Assembly: GCA_964016885.1 (NCBI GenBank)
Contig: OZ024756.1
Location: 29,822,001-29,886,000 of the forward strand
DNA length: 64,000 nt
Source: Eledone cirrhosa
Taxonomy: Eukaryota
Direction: 5' to 3'
Positions 1-14,857 of this stretch are shown here, one piece after another (the stretch's first letter is position 1; each line of letters begins with the position of its first letter). The position numbers and the translations under genes are program-made. The notes beneath the pieces are model-generated. The model had not been told where the DNA came from, did not search any database, and saw nothing but the letters and a program-made list of their open reading frames with translations.

Positions 1-41
1 ATATGTACGTTGTTTTATTCATTTGTTTATATATAATACAC

Positions 42-43
42 AT

Positions 44-92
<49 letters not shown>

Positions 93-131
93 CATATATA
101 CACACATACTTACACACATATATATATACAT

Positions 132-230
<99 letters not shown>

Positions 231-414
231 CATATATATATACATACACAAATACATATATATATACATACACATACACATATATACATGCACACACACA
301 CACATATACATACATACATACATACATACATACACACGCATACACACGCACACACACACATATATATATATATATACATACATACACATACATACATACA
401 TACACATACACATA

Positions 415-452
<38 letters not shown>

Positions 453-582
453 CATACACACATATCGACATACATACATAAATGCATACATCCATACATG
501 CACACACGCACACAGATATATATATATATACATACACACATATATATAAATACATACATACACTCACTTATATATACATACA
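42..582. repeat. Compound (TA)n/(CA)n microsatellite
   Basis: Direct reading; source of the IY/TH-rich spurious ORFs. Confidence 0.95.
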
Positions 583-907
583 TAGGGCCGACATGCAGGG
601 GTCAATGCAAAGTCACAGTCAGTGAGGGTTTACAATAAGATCGAGTAAAAATGTACAAGAACACCAATTTAACAACGAAAAAAATATATAAAAAATAAAC
701 TATGTATAAAAATAACAAAATAAATTCCCCAATATTGAGCGACCCAAGGGTGACTCAGGTACCCCACCAATCGTGAACCATCCGACGCTTCTAGGGCACC
801 CGTGGAGGGCACCCCTATCCTTAAATTAACCAGCCTACAGGCGCATGGTCAGAGTAGGCCCACTCACATGAGCCATTCTCGTCACATTCATCCGCCTTTT
901 AGCAAAT
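583..907 (-). mobile_element. 3' end of Tx1/L1-like LINE (ORF2 C-terminus + 3'UTR), diverged
   Basis: Minus strand reads FAKRRMNVTRMAHVSGPTLTMRL*, similar to FTERWVNEAKMARVIGPSLFISL* at 62686-62757. Confidence 0.6.
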
Positions 908-967
908 GTACTGGGGGGGGGGGGGGGGGCAGCACCTCTCTCTCCACCCCCACCTTCCTTTCCAAAA

Positions 968-1330
968 TAATTGTTTCTACTTTTGGCACAAGGCCAGCAA
1001 TTAAACCAGTGCATTACTGGTACATTATTTTATCGACCCCGTAAGAGTGAAAGGCAAAACTAACCTCACATCATAAAGGGCCGTAACTCTATGCTGCAAA
1101 GCAAAGTGTCTGGCGCTCTATCGGTACTGCCAGTCCACTGATAATTGTTTCGACTTTTGGCACAAGACCAGCAATTACCCAGTGTATTACTGGTACTTTA
1201 TTTTATCGACCCTGTAAAGATGAAAGGCAAAGTTAAGCTCAGCGGAATTTGAACTCAGACCGTAAAGGGTCGTAACTCAATGCCCTTAAAGCATGTTGTC
1301 CGACTCACTACCGATACTGTCAATCCACCA
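968..1330 (-). mobile_element. Two tandem copies of tRNA-derived SINE family 1
   Basis: Contain the family core ...gcctttcatc(c/t)ttac(g/a)gggtcgataaaataaagtaccagtaat...ttgtgccaaaagt on the minus strand; second copy has B-box GAGTTCAAATTCC. Confidence 0.9.
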
Positions 1331-1384
1331 ATAATGATTTATTTTATTGACAACAAGAACGCAATAGACTGTGGATAATACAAG

Positions 1385-1860
<476 letters not shown>

Positions 1861-2159
1861 ATATTAAGGATGTCATATCTGAAAATATCAGAATCATGCT
1901 CAAAGATTGCAAGTAGCGAATCCGAGCATTTATATTAAATCAAAAGTAGGAAGATATATATATATTTCTTTGTTTATTTTTTATATATGAATATTGATTG
2001 TTCCTTATATCTCATTCTGTTATTTTGCCCGAGAAAATATCTGTGTGTGTCATCAAATGTTGTACACACATAGATATTTTTCCAATTTCCAATTGAGTTC
2101 TTAGCACGTGGTCTGAATTCCTTTCAGAATTCCTTGTCATGCGCATGTATTGTTTTTTT

Positions 2160-2611
2160 GGCGGTAATTTACTTCCTCATTTTTTGAATCAGTTTGAGCA
2201 CTTCTTTAGAACTGCTGGACTGGCAACCTGACAGATACCTCAGGCACAGAGGATGATGATTATCGCTAAATACTGATGTTGGTTAGATTATCAATATTAG
2301 TATTATTGGGGCACCCACTGATGAATTATAGGAGCCCACTTGAATATATATCTATTGATGGTATACAAGCTCCTACATAAATTGGTATAATTTCACCCAA
2401 ATTGTAGGAATCCTATAATGAAACGAGATGTCCGTCTGGGAAGAGATATATTCCATATGTCTCATATGAAATAATACAGTCAATTTTCCACGCAATACTT
2501 TTAGTTAACACCCCGAACGCATAATTGGGAATATAATCACTTATTTCCTAATGTTTGTTGCGTGAGTTGGAATTTGGCCGGAGTATCGCTAAAAAGCTTT
2601 CTCCGATATTG

Positions 2612-2615
<4 letters not shown>
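2160..2615 (+). mobile_element. ~450 bp non-coding hammerhead-bearing element, family H, copy 1
   Basis: Near-identical to 17198-17645 with the same start (ggcggtaatttacttcc) and end (ccgatattgtatt(TA)n). Confidence 0.85.
2314..2440 (+). ncRNA. Type I hammerhead ribozyme with large stem-II insert (family H)
   Basis: CCCA-CTGATGA-ATTATAGGA...TCCTATAAT-GAAA-CG-AGATGTC-CG-TC^TGGG; stems I, II and III pair by eye. Confidence 0.75.
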
Positions 2616-2652
<37 letters not shown>

Positions 2653-2896
2653 AACACATCAAACAACTACAAGGGATAATTTGTAAAGAGTGTAACCACA
2701 AATAGTTACGGGGCTAACATATTAAAATTAAACAAGAACTTTGAATATAGATACCTTGCAATAAGTATTAATCTCCTTTGTATATATTCCATTGAGGAAA
2801 TATATTTCACCATTAATATATATACATATCATTATTTGTGCCTCAGTACTGACTTAGTCTATGTAGACCTGTCCAACCCTTGCTAGCAGGGAAACG

Positions 2897-3175
2897 AGGT
2901 TGACTTTGCCTTTCATCCTTACGGGGTCGATAAAATAAAGTACCAGTAATGCACTGAGTAATTGCTGGCCTTGTGCCTAAAGTAGAAACAATTATTTGGC
3001 GGTGAATTGGCAGTATCGGTAGAGGGTCGGACAATAAGCTTCGTGGCATATAATTACGATTCCTTACGATCTGAGTTCAAATCCCGCCAGTGTTAACTTT
3101 GCCTTTCATCCTTACGGGGTCGATAAAATAAAGTACCAGTAATGTACCAGTAATGCCAAAAGTAGAAACAATTAT
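2897..3175 (+). mobile_element. SINE family 1, partial copy + near full copy
   Basis: A-box TGGCAGTATCGG, B-box GAGTTCAAATCCC, conserved central domain. Confidence 0.9.
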
Positions 3176-3210
3176 TTAATATAGAATTAATTTCTACAGG
3201 ACTAGAATTG

Positions 3211-3257
3211 TTTCCTGATGATTTCAGGCGAATGAAACAGTTCTAGCTCCGTAGAAG
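3211..3257 (+). ncRNA. Type I hammerhead motif (family K, short stem II)
   Basis: TTTC-CTGATGA-TTTCAGGCGAAT-GAAA-CAGTTCTAGCTCCG-TA^GAAG; same stem I/core/stem II base as 30749. Confidence 0.55.
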
Positions 3258-3347
3258 TTATTTCTATTTTAAATAATGATGTTTACACTCAATTAATATT
3301 ATGAGTGCCCTTTCTCGGGATCTACATATATATATACATATATATTT

Positions 3348-3516
3348 AGGAAAAGAATCAAGACCCCGACGGCTGAGCTCCGGCCGTTTCGACAGCTAGA
3401 TCCGTCCGTCGGGGTCCTGACTCTTTTCCTATTACCCACTCTACTACCCTTAAGTATTGCGTACTCTGGTGCGTTATGGTCCACATGATACCTTACCACA
3501 GCCTCTTTGTTGTTTG
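3348..3516 (+). mobile_element. Family G element (3' half hammerhead + 3' tail) with inverted 5' piece
   Basis: ccgtcggggtc...cctattacccactctactaccctaagtatt...ccttaccac; about 10 copies in the window. Confidence 0.8.
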
Positions 3517-3550
3517 TTATATATATATATACATATATATAGAGAGAGAG

Positions 3551-3760
3551 ATTTTGAGTTTATGTTGGTTGTATACCAACACCTCAGTATGCAGGCTGGA
3601 GCACTCGACGAAGTGCGCAGGTTGGTTTGGTTACTCCGGAGTAGTGTAAAATAAAGTTAAATAAAAGTCAAATGATTAAAATTTAGCTTCGTTTATTACT
3701 GCTATATATATTTCAGTGACAGCCATCTTTGGCTGTGACCTCTTCAGGCAGTTTGAATTA
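3551..3760 (-). mobile_element. Family A hammerhead element, partial
   Basis: Matches 15277-15490 and 40391-40520. Confidence 0.85.
3698..3752 (-). ncRNA. Minimal type I hammerhead ribozyme (family A)
   Basis: Minus strand: ACTGC-CTGAAGA-GGTCACAGCCA aaga TGGCTGTCACT-GAAA-TATATA-TA^GCAGT. Confidence 0.8.
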
Positions 3761-4652
3761 GTAGTGGTGGTGTTATTATGGTGGTGGTTGTGGCGGTGGT
3801 GGTGTTGGTGGTGGTTGTGGCGGTGGTGGTGTTGGTGGTGGTTGTGGTGGATTTAGGTGGGGATCGTGGTGGGTGGCGGTGGTTGTGGTTGCTAATACGG
3901 TGACAATATAATGATCCCAGCACCACCACCAACCACCAGCCCAACCACCACCACCACCACCATAACACAACCACCACCACCACCACCGCTACCAGCACCA
4001 CCATCATCATTAACAGCACCACAACCACCACCACCGCAACCAACACCACCACCACTACCATTAACACTCCCAACACCACCTCCATCACTATCACCACAAC
4101 CACAACCACCACCACCACCACCACCACCACCACCACCACCACCACCACCACCACCACCACCACCACCACCACCACTACCACCATAACACCACCACCACCA
4201 ACGCTACCAGCACCACCATCATCATTAACAGCACCACAACCACCACAACCACCACCGCCACTACCATTAACACTCCCAACACCACCTCCATCACTATCAC
4301 CACAACCACAACCACCACCACCACTACCACCATAACACCACCACCACCAACGCTACCAGCACCACCATCATCATTAACAGCACCACAACCACCACAACCA
4401 CCACCGCAACCAACACCACCACCACTACCATTAACACTCCCAACACCACCTCCATCACTATCACCACAACCACAACCACAACCACCACCACCACCACTAC
4501 CACCATAACACCACCACCACCATCATCATTAACAGCACCACAACCACCACAACCACCACCGCAACCAACACCACCACCACTACCATTAACACTCCCAACA
4601 CCACCTCCATCACTATCACCACAACCACAACCACCACCACCACCACCACCAG
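3760..4652. repeat. (GGT)/(CCA)-rich low complexity with internal tandem duplications
   Basis: Block cactaccattaacactcccaacaccacctccatcactatcaccacaacc recurs 4 times. Confidence 0.9.
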
Positions 4653-4859
4653 TTCATCACCCCCCCCCCCCCCACTATGTTACTCTCTCTCTCTCTCTCT
4701 TCTACTCCTCTTACTGTCCTTTCATTCTTTCATTAACTTCGATATTTCCATATTTTGTTTGTTTGTTAGTTTTTTGTTATCCTGATGGAGAGAACCCATC
4801 TCGTTGTAGTCATGACAACCGAGTAAAAGATGCTGACGTCAAACTCTATCGCCTCCTCC

Positions 4860-5269
4860 TTCTCTTCATCTTCCTTTTTCTTTTCCTATTTTTTTCGTCC
4901 ACTTCCTTCTTCTTCTTCTTCTTCTTCTTCTTCTTCTTCTTCTTCTTCTTCTTCTTCTTCTCCTCCTCCTCCTTCTTCTTCTTCTTCTTCTTCTTCTTCT
5001 TCTTCTTCTTCTCCTCCTCCTCCTCTTCCTCCTCCTCCAACTACCACCACCGCCACCACGGATTAATTATCGTCCAATCCTCTGACGGCAGATATTCACA
5101 CTCTCCTCGCTGAGGTGGACACAGACTGACTGCTACTGCTGATGTGTTGCTGCTGGTACTGCTACTGCTGCTGCTGCTGCTCCTGCTGCTACTGCTGCTG
5201 CCGATGATGATGGTGGTGTTATAATCCTCCCCCAACTCCCCACTTCTACTACTACTACTACTGCTGCTT

Positions 5270-5308
<39 letters not shown>

Positions 5309-5349
5309 TCACCACCAACACTACTACTACTACCACTACTACTACTACC

Positions 5350-5411
<62 letters not shown>

Positions 5412-5447
5412 CGCCACAACCACCACCACCACCACCACTACTACTAT

Positions 5448-5510
<63 letters not shown>

Positions 5511-5531
5511 CACCACCAAAACCACCACCAA

Positions 5532-5576
<45 letters not shown>

Positions 5577-5952
5577 CAAAACCACCACTACTACCACTAC
5601 TACTACTATTACAACTACCACCACCACCACCACCACCACCACTACTACTAGTACCACTACTACCACCACCACCACCACTACTATTACTACTACCACCACC
5701 ACCACCACCACCACCACTACTACTAGTACCACTACTACCACCACCACCACCACTACTATTACTACTACCACTACCACCACCACCACCACCACCACCACCA
5801 CCACTACTATTACTACTACCACTACCACAACCACCACTACTACCACTACTACTACTACTACTACCACTACCACCACCACCACCACCACCACCACCGCCAC
5901 TACTATTACTACTACCACTACCACAACCACCACCACCACCACTACTACTAGT
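4860..5952. repeat. (TTC)n, (CTG)n, (CTA)n/(CCA)n trinucleotide arrays with short unique interruptions
   Basis: Direct reading. Confidence 0.9.
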
Positions 5953-6684
5953 ACCTTTTGTGGAAGTTTGTGGTCATCGAAACCCGAGACGAGATGGTGT
6001 GTTGGGGTGGGGGGTGGGGTGGGGGGGGTCTCGTGATGTTGGGGTGGGTCTGGGAGGTGTCACGGTGTATATGTGTGGGATGGTGTGGAGTTGCTGGAGC
6101 CTGGTGACCAGGATGGCGGTGTGGTTATTGTAGTGGTCATCCTGGAGCCTCGTGCTAGTTTTGACCACGATGGTGATGATGATTGGGGCGATGGTGTGTG
6201 TGTGAGGGGGGGGGGTGTTGTATGTGTTGGCGGCGGTGGGTGTCGTCTGTGGTGGTGGCGGCGTTTCGTGGTGGTCACCTTGAAAGGATGGTGGTGACGG
6301 GGCTAGCGTTGGCGACGGTAATGGTGGTGTTTGGTGTTTGTGGGAGGGGAGGGCGTGTGGCTAATGCCTAGTCCTTCCTAGAGGCTGGCAGTGGTGTCAG
6401 TAGTGCTGATAATGGTGGCAGCGGTGGCGGCGGGGAATGGTGATGGTGGTGGTGGTGATGGTGATGGTGGGGGATCGTGATGTCGGTGATGTTGATGGTG
6501 GTGGTAATAGTGGTGGCGATGGTGGCGGGGATGGTGATGATGGTGGTGATGCTGGTGATGTTGATGGTGGTGGTAATAGTGGTGGTGATGGTGGTGGGGA
6601 TGGTGATGATGGTGGTGGTGGTGGTGGTGGTGGTGGTAGTGGTGACATTAACTAGGTTTGAGTAAGAAGCAACCGAGGTAAATA

Positions 6685-6724
<40 letters not shown>

Positions 6725-6798
6725 AACAAGTAAGACCCCGACGGCTGAGCTCAAGCCGTTTCGACGGCTAATTCTGGTTCCTTACCACTTTTCCTTCG

Positions 6799-6834
<36 letters not shown>

Positions 6835-6851
6835 ATATATATATATATATA

Positions 6852-7307
6852 TGTAGAAGTTATATTTAATTTGTTGGGATACAACAAAGCAAATATTTTT
6901 ATAACTGATATAAAGCACTCAACAAATTATTGGAATAAAAATACGATATATTAACAAATGGAAACTATATTTATAAAACCATATTTATTTCATTATACAT
7001 ATTTCAAGGACACCAAAGCTATCCGGGAGCTTCCAACCGACATGGTCGCATTCTATAAGGGTATGTCAATATTTGTTTATAAAACTGATCTATATTATAT
7101 TTTATGAGGTTAACTTTGCCTTTCATCCTTACGGGGTCGATAAAATAAAGTACCAGTAATGCACTGGATAATTGCTGGCCTTGTGCCAAAAGTAGAAACA
7201 ATTATATTTTATGTGATGAAAGCGCACCATAATTTGCTTTGGTGTCCTTGAAATATGTATAATGAAATAAATATGGTTTTATAAATATAGTTTCCATTTG
7301 TTAATAT

Positions 7308-7312
<5 letters not shown>
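6852..7312 (+). mobile_element. Family B hammerhead element with inverted 5' duplication, interrupted by a SINE
   Basis: 6852-7018 is the reverse complement of the family B 3' part; core reads GTGATGA (C3 lost) at 7213. Confidence 0.8.
7107..7200 (+). mobile_element. 5'-truncated SINE family 1 with 13-bp TSD
   Basis: attatattttatg at 7094-7106 and 7201-7213. Confidence 0.85.
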
Positions 7313-7381
<69 letters not shown>

Positions 7382-8299
7382 TAGATAGATAAATTTCTTT
7401 ATTAGCCTAGCCACAAGGGCACAAAAGAAGGGGACAAATACAAATGGGGAGTTTACATACAGTATATGAAAATAAAACTATTAATAAAATAACAAATAAC
7501 AATTGATATCAGTTGACCAAATTTCAACATAACTGGATTTTCAGATTCTATTTCATATTTTCACAAGTACCTTCATGTACTCTGGGACATTGTTGAGGTG
7601 GTTGTTATGGAAGTGAACGGGAAACCATGCGGTTTCCATGCGAACTCGTTTACCACACAGCCATGCCTGCGCCAATATGATAGACCACAAACATTTATTT
7701 TTTGGGGGGGGAAGTAAAAAGAAAAAAAATATATATATATAGACAAAAATACAGTTAAGATATTTCAATGGGGGAATAAATGGTTAAAAAATATGCCAAA
7801 CGGATGATATTGGTAAAAGGAAAATTGAGTCTGCGAAAAGATTCTTCAGTAATATGGATTGGAATTATTATGGTTAGCAATCAGAAGACCGCAGCTCACA
7901 GATTGGATACATAAATGTATGAAGCATAAGACATCCATTTTCTGTGTGTTTATGTAAGTGTGGATGCGCAAGTGTGCGTGTGTATGTATGTGTATGTGTT
8001 TATATATGTGTATATGTGTGAATATGCGCAAGTGTGCGTGTGTATGTATGTGTATGTGTTTATATATGTGTATATGTGTGAATGCACATGTGTATGTATG
8101 TGTGTGTGTGGGTGTGAGTATATGTGTGTGTGCCTCGGTTGGTCAATTCTTATGTTTGTGTATGTATTTGTGTATGTACGAGTATTTTTATATATGTATT
8201 AATGTGTTTATAATGTATGTATATGTATATGTATATGTGTTTGACTCGTACACTTTTCTCTTTCTCATTCTTTATTCCCCCCCCCCTCTCTCTCTCTCA

Positions 8300-8349
<50 letters not shown>

Positions 8350-8372
8350 GTATATGAATATGTATATATATA

Positions 8373-8440
<68 letters not shown>

Positions 8441-8456
8441 AGACACACATATTTGC

Positions 8457-8527
<71 letters not shown>

Positions 8528-8896
8528 TGATTGAGTTTCGGTGTGGTTGGCAACAATCAATAGCAAAATAAATAAAACTCTTGGAGGGTAATACGTGGTC
8601 AGAGCGGACATCTTGGTTCTATATGTTGATTAAAAAAGAAGCACAAAATAAATGGTAAAGCGAAGGAATAAAAAATAAAAGCGCCAACCAACCCAATCAG
8701 ACAGAAAAATAGAGGAGTGGTGGGTAGTAGTAGTAGTAGGAGGAAGAGAAAGAGGTGGATGAGGGGGGTTATGAGTAGTAGGTGCGGAGGTGGGGAGGAG
8801 GAGATGAGCGTAAAACTGATCCTGGATCGAACCTTTAATGAATCAATAACAATGTAAAGTTTATTACATCTATCTGAAAATCTGAAAGGATGATAT

Positions 8897-8897
<1 letters not shown>

Positions 8898-8936
<39 letters not shown>

Positions 8937-9013
8937 CATGCACACACTTACTCTCTCACACACACACAAAACATGCACACACTTACTCTCTCACACACAC
9001 ACACACATACTCC

Positions 9014-9044
<31 letters not shown>

Positions 9045-9092
9045 ACACACAAAACATGCACACACTTACTCTCTCACACACACACACACATA

Positions 9093-9127
<35 letters not shown>

Positions 9128-9141
9128 CATGCACACACTTA

Positions 9142-9210
<69 letters not shown>

Positions 9211-9248
9211 CATGCACACACTTACTCTCTCACACACACACACACATA

Positions 9249-9290
<42 letters not shown>

Positions 9291-9335
9291 TGCACACACT
9301 TACTCTTACACACACACACACATACTCACACACAC
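8898..9335. repeat. (CA)n-based minisatellite (aaaacatgcacacacttactctctc + CA runs)
   Basis: About 6 recurrences of the motif. Confidence 0.9.
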
Positions 9336-9522
9336 ATATATATAGGAAGTAATATCTAAATTCACGCATGTACATATGAATGTGTACATATGTATGTATA
9401 TATATAGGATATATATATATATGTGTGCGCGTGTGTATATGTTTGCTTGCATGTATGTATATATATATATGTATATATATATACACATATATACATACAC
9501 AGACATATATATATATATATGC

Positions 9523-9564
<42 letters not shown>

Positions 9565-9651
9565 CCCTATGTATGTATATATATATATATATATATATAT
9601 AAATATAAATATAAATATAGATATATCTATATATCTATATATATATATCCC

Positions 9652-9694
<43 letters not shown>

Positions 9695-9911
9695 CTCTCT
9701 CTCTCTCTATATATATACATGCTCATACATACATAGCTATATAATTAGTGGGACACCAAACAAGTTAGAACCGAATGAAGAAAAGAAGAAGAAGAAGAAG
9801 AAGAGGGGGAGGAGGAGGCGGAGAAGGAGGAGAAATAAACAAATGATATGGTATAAACATGATACGCTATCTAAATGTCATACGATTTATATATATATAT
9901 ATATAATATAT

Positions 9912-9951
<40 letters not shown>

Positions 9952-10032
9952 CTCACATACATATATATATATAAATATATATAATATATATATATATATA
10001 TAATATATATATACATATATATATACTCACAT

Positions 10033-10065
<33 letters not shown>

Positions 10066-10127
10066 CCCATTATATATATATATATATATATATATCACCA
10101 TTATATATACATATATAATGGTGATAT

Positions 10128-10312
10128 AGGTGGATTGGCAGTATCGGTAGAGAGTCGGACGCCATGCTTTCCAGCATAGTTACGTCCCTTTACAATCTGA
10201 GTTCAAATCCCGCCGAGGTTTTACTTTGCCTTTCATCCTTACGGGGTCGATAAAATAAAGTACCAGTAATGTACTGGGTAATTGCTGGCCTTGTGCCAAA
10301 AGTAGAAACAAT
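10128..10312 (+). mobile_element. Full-length SINE family 1
   Basis: A-box TGGCAGTATCGG, B-box GAGTTCAAATCCC, central domain, agtagaaacaatt tail. Confidence 0.9.
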
Positions 10313-10463
10313 TATATATACATATATATATATATTATATATATATATATATATAATATGTATATATACATATATATATATATACTCACATACATATATA
10401 TATATAAATATATATATAATATATATATATAATATATATATACATATATATATATACTCACAT

Positions 10464-10498
<35 letters not shown>

Positions 10499-10862
10499 CC
10501 CATTATATATATATATATATATATTTGTGTGTGTGTGTGTGTAGACGTATCGTAAATAAACCAACAAGAAGACAAAATAATTAAAAAAAGAAGAAAAAAA
10601 TAGAATAAAAAAATAAAACTTAAAAATACAACGACAAAAACTTGAAAGTAGGAGCTCTTTTTATTAGGAGATAATATGATGATATAGCATGGACTGGTAT
10701 GGTATGTTATGGTGTGGCATGTGATATTACTACGATCCAATGATATTACACTACACTGCAACCCATAACGACCATTTGATATCCAAGTCAATTACAACTT
10801 GTCCACTCAGAGTCCCGGCTATTGCCTTTCAACCTAAATAATTTATCTTCTTCGATAAAAAC

Positions 10863-10909
<47 letters not shown>

Positions 10910-10954
10910 GTATTTGTCCCCTTCTTTTGTGCCCCTGTGGCTAATAAAGAAACA

Positions 10955-11029
<75 letters not shown>

Positions 11030-11087
11030 TTGACTGTCTGTCTGTGTCTGTCTGTCTGTCTAGTTATCTGTGTGTCTCTCTATCTTC

Positions 11088-11240
<153 letters not shown>

Positions 11241-11420
11241 AGTGAATATTTAAATCGTATTTTAATTTATTTAAAAGATTGTTTAATGTTTGCTTGTTCC
11301 GCTCATTTTTATAGTTCTGGCATCTCAAATTAGTACCATTGAACAACAACTGTTATAGACACCATGTATATTTCCGTGGGTACTTAGTACCTACTGGGAT
11401 ATTTATATCATTTATATATA

Positions 11421-11460
<40 letters not shown>

Positions 11461-11466
11461 GATATA

Positions 11467-11700
11467 TATGATTCCAGTTCCTCGGAGGACTAACAACACA
11501 CCCAGGAGCTAGACATATCGATGTATTGACAGAGTGAAACACACTTCAACAACATGTGTACCTGTCTTTTCCACACCAATTTGGACTGCCTGAAGAGGTC
11601 ACAGCCAATAATGGCTGTCACTGAAATATATATATACCAGTATATCTATAATTTATAATAAACGAAGCCAAATTTTACATATTTGACTTAATTATTTTAT
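11467..11700 (+). mobile_element. Family A element with degenerate hammerhead (11585-11641)
   Basis: ACTGC-CTGAAGA...GAAA-(TA)5-CCAGT; first stem I pair broken. Confidence 0.75.
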
Positions 11701-11719
11701 TTATATATATATATATATA

Positions 11720-11910
11720 CAATAACTGTTTCTACTTTAGGCACAAGGCCAGCAATTACCCAGTGCATTACTGGTACTTTATTTTATCGACCCCGTAAGG
11801 ATGAAAGGCAAAGTCAACCTCGGCGGGATTTGAACTCAGACCGTAAAGGGACGTAACTATGCCGGAAAGCATGACGTCCGACCCTCTACCGATATTGCCA
11901 ATCCACCGCT
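11720..11910 (-). mobile_element. Full-length SINE family 1
   Basis: Reverse complement of 10128-10312. Confidence 0.9.
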
Positions 11911-11955
11911 CTTTTATATATATATACAATAACAGGAGGCATGTACTGGTGTATT

Positions 11956-12012
11956 ATACTATGATCATTTCAATGACCGGGTTCAGTATGCATCCGGTGA
12001 CATCATCAGGTA
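11956..12012 (-). ncRNA. Type I hammerhead (family C), inverted duplicate
   Basis: Minus strand: TAC-CTGATGA-TGTCACCGG...CCGGTCATT-GAAA-TGATCA-TA^GTAT. Confidence 0.6.
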
Positions 12013-12088
12013 ATTCAGTCGGTCGTCCTCTTGTCTCTGATTTTCAGCCCCATGGATTTTATCTGTTATATTCCTTTGTTATATTTTG

Positions 12089-12146
12089 ATACCTGATGAT
12101 GTCACCGGATACATACTGAACCCGCTCATTGAAATGATCATAGTAT
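12089..12146 (+). ncRNA. Type I hammerhead (family C)
   Basis: ATAC-CTGATGA-stem II-GAAA-TGATCA-TA^GTAT; stem III is the palindrome ATGATCAT. Confidence 0.65.
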
Positions 12147-13068
12147 AATAAACCTTTCAAGGATTTATACCAGTCCAGCCTCCTGTTATTTTGTAATAAT
12201 TAACTCCGTATTCGCACCACCAACTACAACAAACGAAGACGGGTGAGTTGTATTACGTTGAGTGCTTTCCACAACATTACATCGTGGTTGACCACACAGA
12301 ATGACCAGTTCTATCCAGTGGTGAACCAACAAACCCAAATAAATATATATATACACATATATACATATATATATAGACACATATATATATACATATAAAT
12401 ACACATATATACATATATATACATATATACATATATATATATACACATATATACATATATATAGACACACATATATATACATATAAATACACATATATAC
12501 ATATATATACATATATACATATATATATACACATATATACATATATATAGACACATATATATACATATACATACACATATATACATATATATACATATAT
12601 ACATATATATATACACATATACACATATATACATATATATAGACACATATATATACATATACATACACATATATACATATATATACATATATACATATAT
12701 ATATACAGATATACACATATATACATATATATAGGCACATATATATATACATATACATACACATATATACATATATACATATATATACATATATACATAT
12801 ATATATACACATATATACATATATATAGACACATATATATACATATACATACATATATGTACAAATATATACATATATACATATATATATACACATATAT
12901 ACATATATTTGTTTATTATACTGTAGAATCCCTCTGAGATCAATACATATATTTAGTCAATGTTATCATGTAATTTAATATAGAAGCAATATTTTTGACT
13001 CACCAGGAAACCTATATTATATTTCCAGCAAAACAAAATTAATATTTATATAATTATTGTTATTATTA

Positions 13069-13235
13069 TTGGCAGTATCAGTAGATAGTCGGCCGCCATG
13101 CTTTGCAGCATAAAGTTACGGCCCTTTACGTACCGAGGTTAACTTTGCCTTTCATCCTTACGGGGTTGATAAAATAAAGTACCAGTAATGCCCTGGAATA
13201 ATTGCTGGCCTTGTGCCTAAAGTAGAAACAATTAT
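13069..13235 (+). mobile_element. SINE family 1 (B-box deleted)
   Basis: Homology to other copies. Confidence 0.85.
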
Positions 13236-14145
13236 TATCGAAGGAAAATCATGGTGGAGAGGAAAGTGGTGTGTTCCAACCAGTTTCTTGAAGGTTGGGT
13301 GAAAGAGGGAAGAATGGCACACACACACACACACGCTCACATCCACACACATCCACACGTCCACACACAGATACGTACACGCATGTACACACTTACATCC
13401 ACACACATACACACACACTCACATATATATACGCATATGTACACACACCCACACACACTCACACACTTACACATGCACACACACATACACACACATCCAC
13501 ACACACAGGCACGCACTCACACTTATACATACATGCATACTTGCACACACGTACACAAATATACGCATACACACACGCACAAAGAAGCACACTCACACAT
13601 ACACATATACACATGCACAAACAAACACACTCACACAAATACATACATACACACGCACACATAAATACACTCACACATACACATATACACACGCACACAC
13701 AAACACACTCACACATATACATGCATACATACATACATACACACACACACATAAATACACTTACACATACATATACACACGGACACTCAAACACATACAC
13801 ATATATAGACACGTTCACATAAACGCAGACATATAAACACACACATATAATGCATTGGAATATTACATACACACGAGCACGTTCTCACCACCTCCCTCCT
13901 TCCTTCAAACATCGTCTCCCACCGCCACCCTTCTGTTGCTTCTCCTCTTCCATTCTTTAACACGTTCCTTCCAGTGAGTTCTTTCAACCGCGAAGAAACA
14001 AGTGTACACTGCGCCACCTGGGGATTCAGACCGCCAAGGGGGATAACCATTTCTCTCTTTAACAAAGCCATTTATAGTTTTATATTTCGTTCAAACAACA
14101 ATCTGGGACAACCACTTTTGACCTCTTGCTTTCTCACTCACTCGC

Positions 14146-14180
<35 letters not shown>

Positions 14181-14246
14181 TACTCTTTCTCTCCCTCTCT
14201 CTCTCTCACACTCTTTCTCTCATTCTCTCTCTCTCTTTCTCTTTCT

Positions 14247-14317
<71 letters not shown>

Positions 14318-14639
14318 GCTTTGTCTCCCTTTCTGTCCCACCTCTCTCTCTTGCTTTCTTTCTTTCTCTCTCTCTCTGTCTCTCTCTCTCCACCCACACA
14401 TACTCTCTGTCTCCCTTTCTGTCCCCCCTCTCTCTTTTTCTCCCACTGCCTGTCGCGCTCTCTCTCCCTCACACACACGCTATCTCTCCCCCTCTCTCTC
14501 CAACCATCCTCTCTTTCATTCTTTATCCCCCCCCACTTCTTTTATGATTCTTTACCCACTTTGGTCTTTCTTTGTTTCCTTATTTCTCTCTGTTTTGTTA
14601 TATGCCACCAACGTTAGCGAAACTTAGAAGTAAACGGTC

Positions 14640-14815
14640 GATCGGTAGAGCGTCAGACACCATGCTTTGCAGCATAGAGTTATAGCCCTTTACGTTCAAA
14701 GTTCAAATCCCGCCGAGGTTAACTTTACCTTTCATCCTTACGGGGTCGATAAAACAAAGTACCAGTAATACACTGCTGGGGTAACTGCTGGCCTTGTGCC
14801 AAAAGTAGAAACAAT
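14640..14815 (+). mobile_element. SINE family 1
   Basis: B-box and central domain present. Confidence 0.88.
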
Positions 14816-14820
14816 AAAAA

Positions 14821-14857
<37 letters not shown>

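Noticed and set aside
5955-6380. Possible host exon in a GC-richer island (also 5040-5230 and 58760-58822 with a GTGAG donor-like site)
   Set aside because: No recognisable protein similarity or consistent splice pair; cannot be supported without RNA data
10128-10215. tRNA gene
   Set aside because: A and B boxes belong to a SINE head; no cloverleaf, and it is followed by the SINE body
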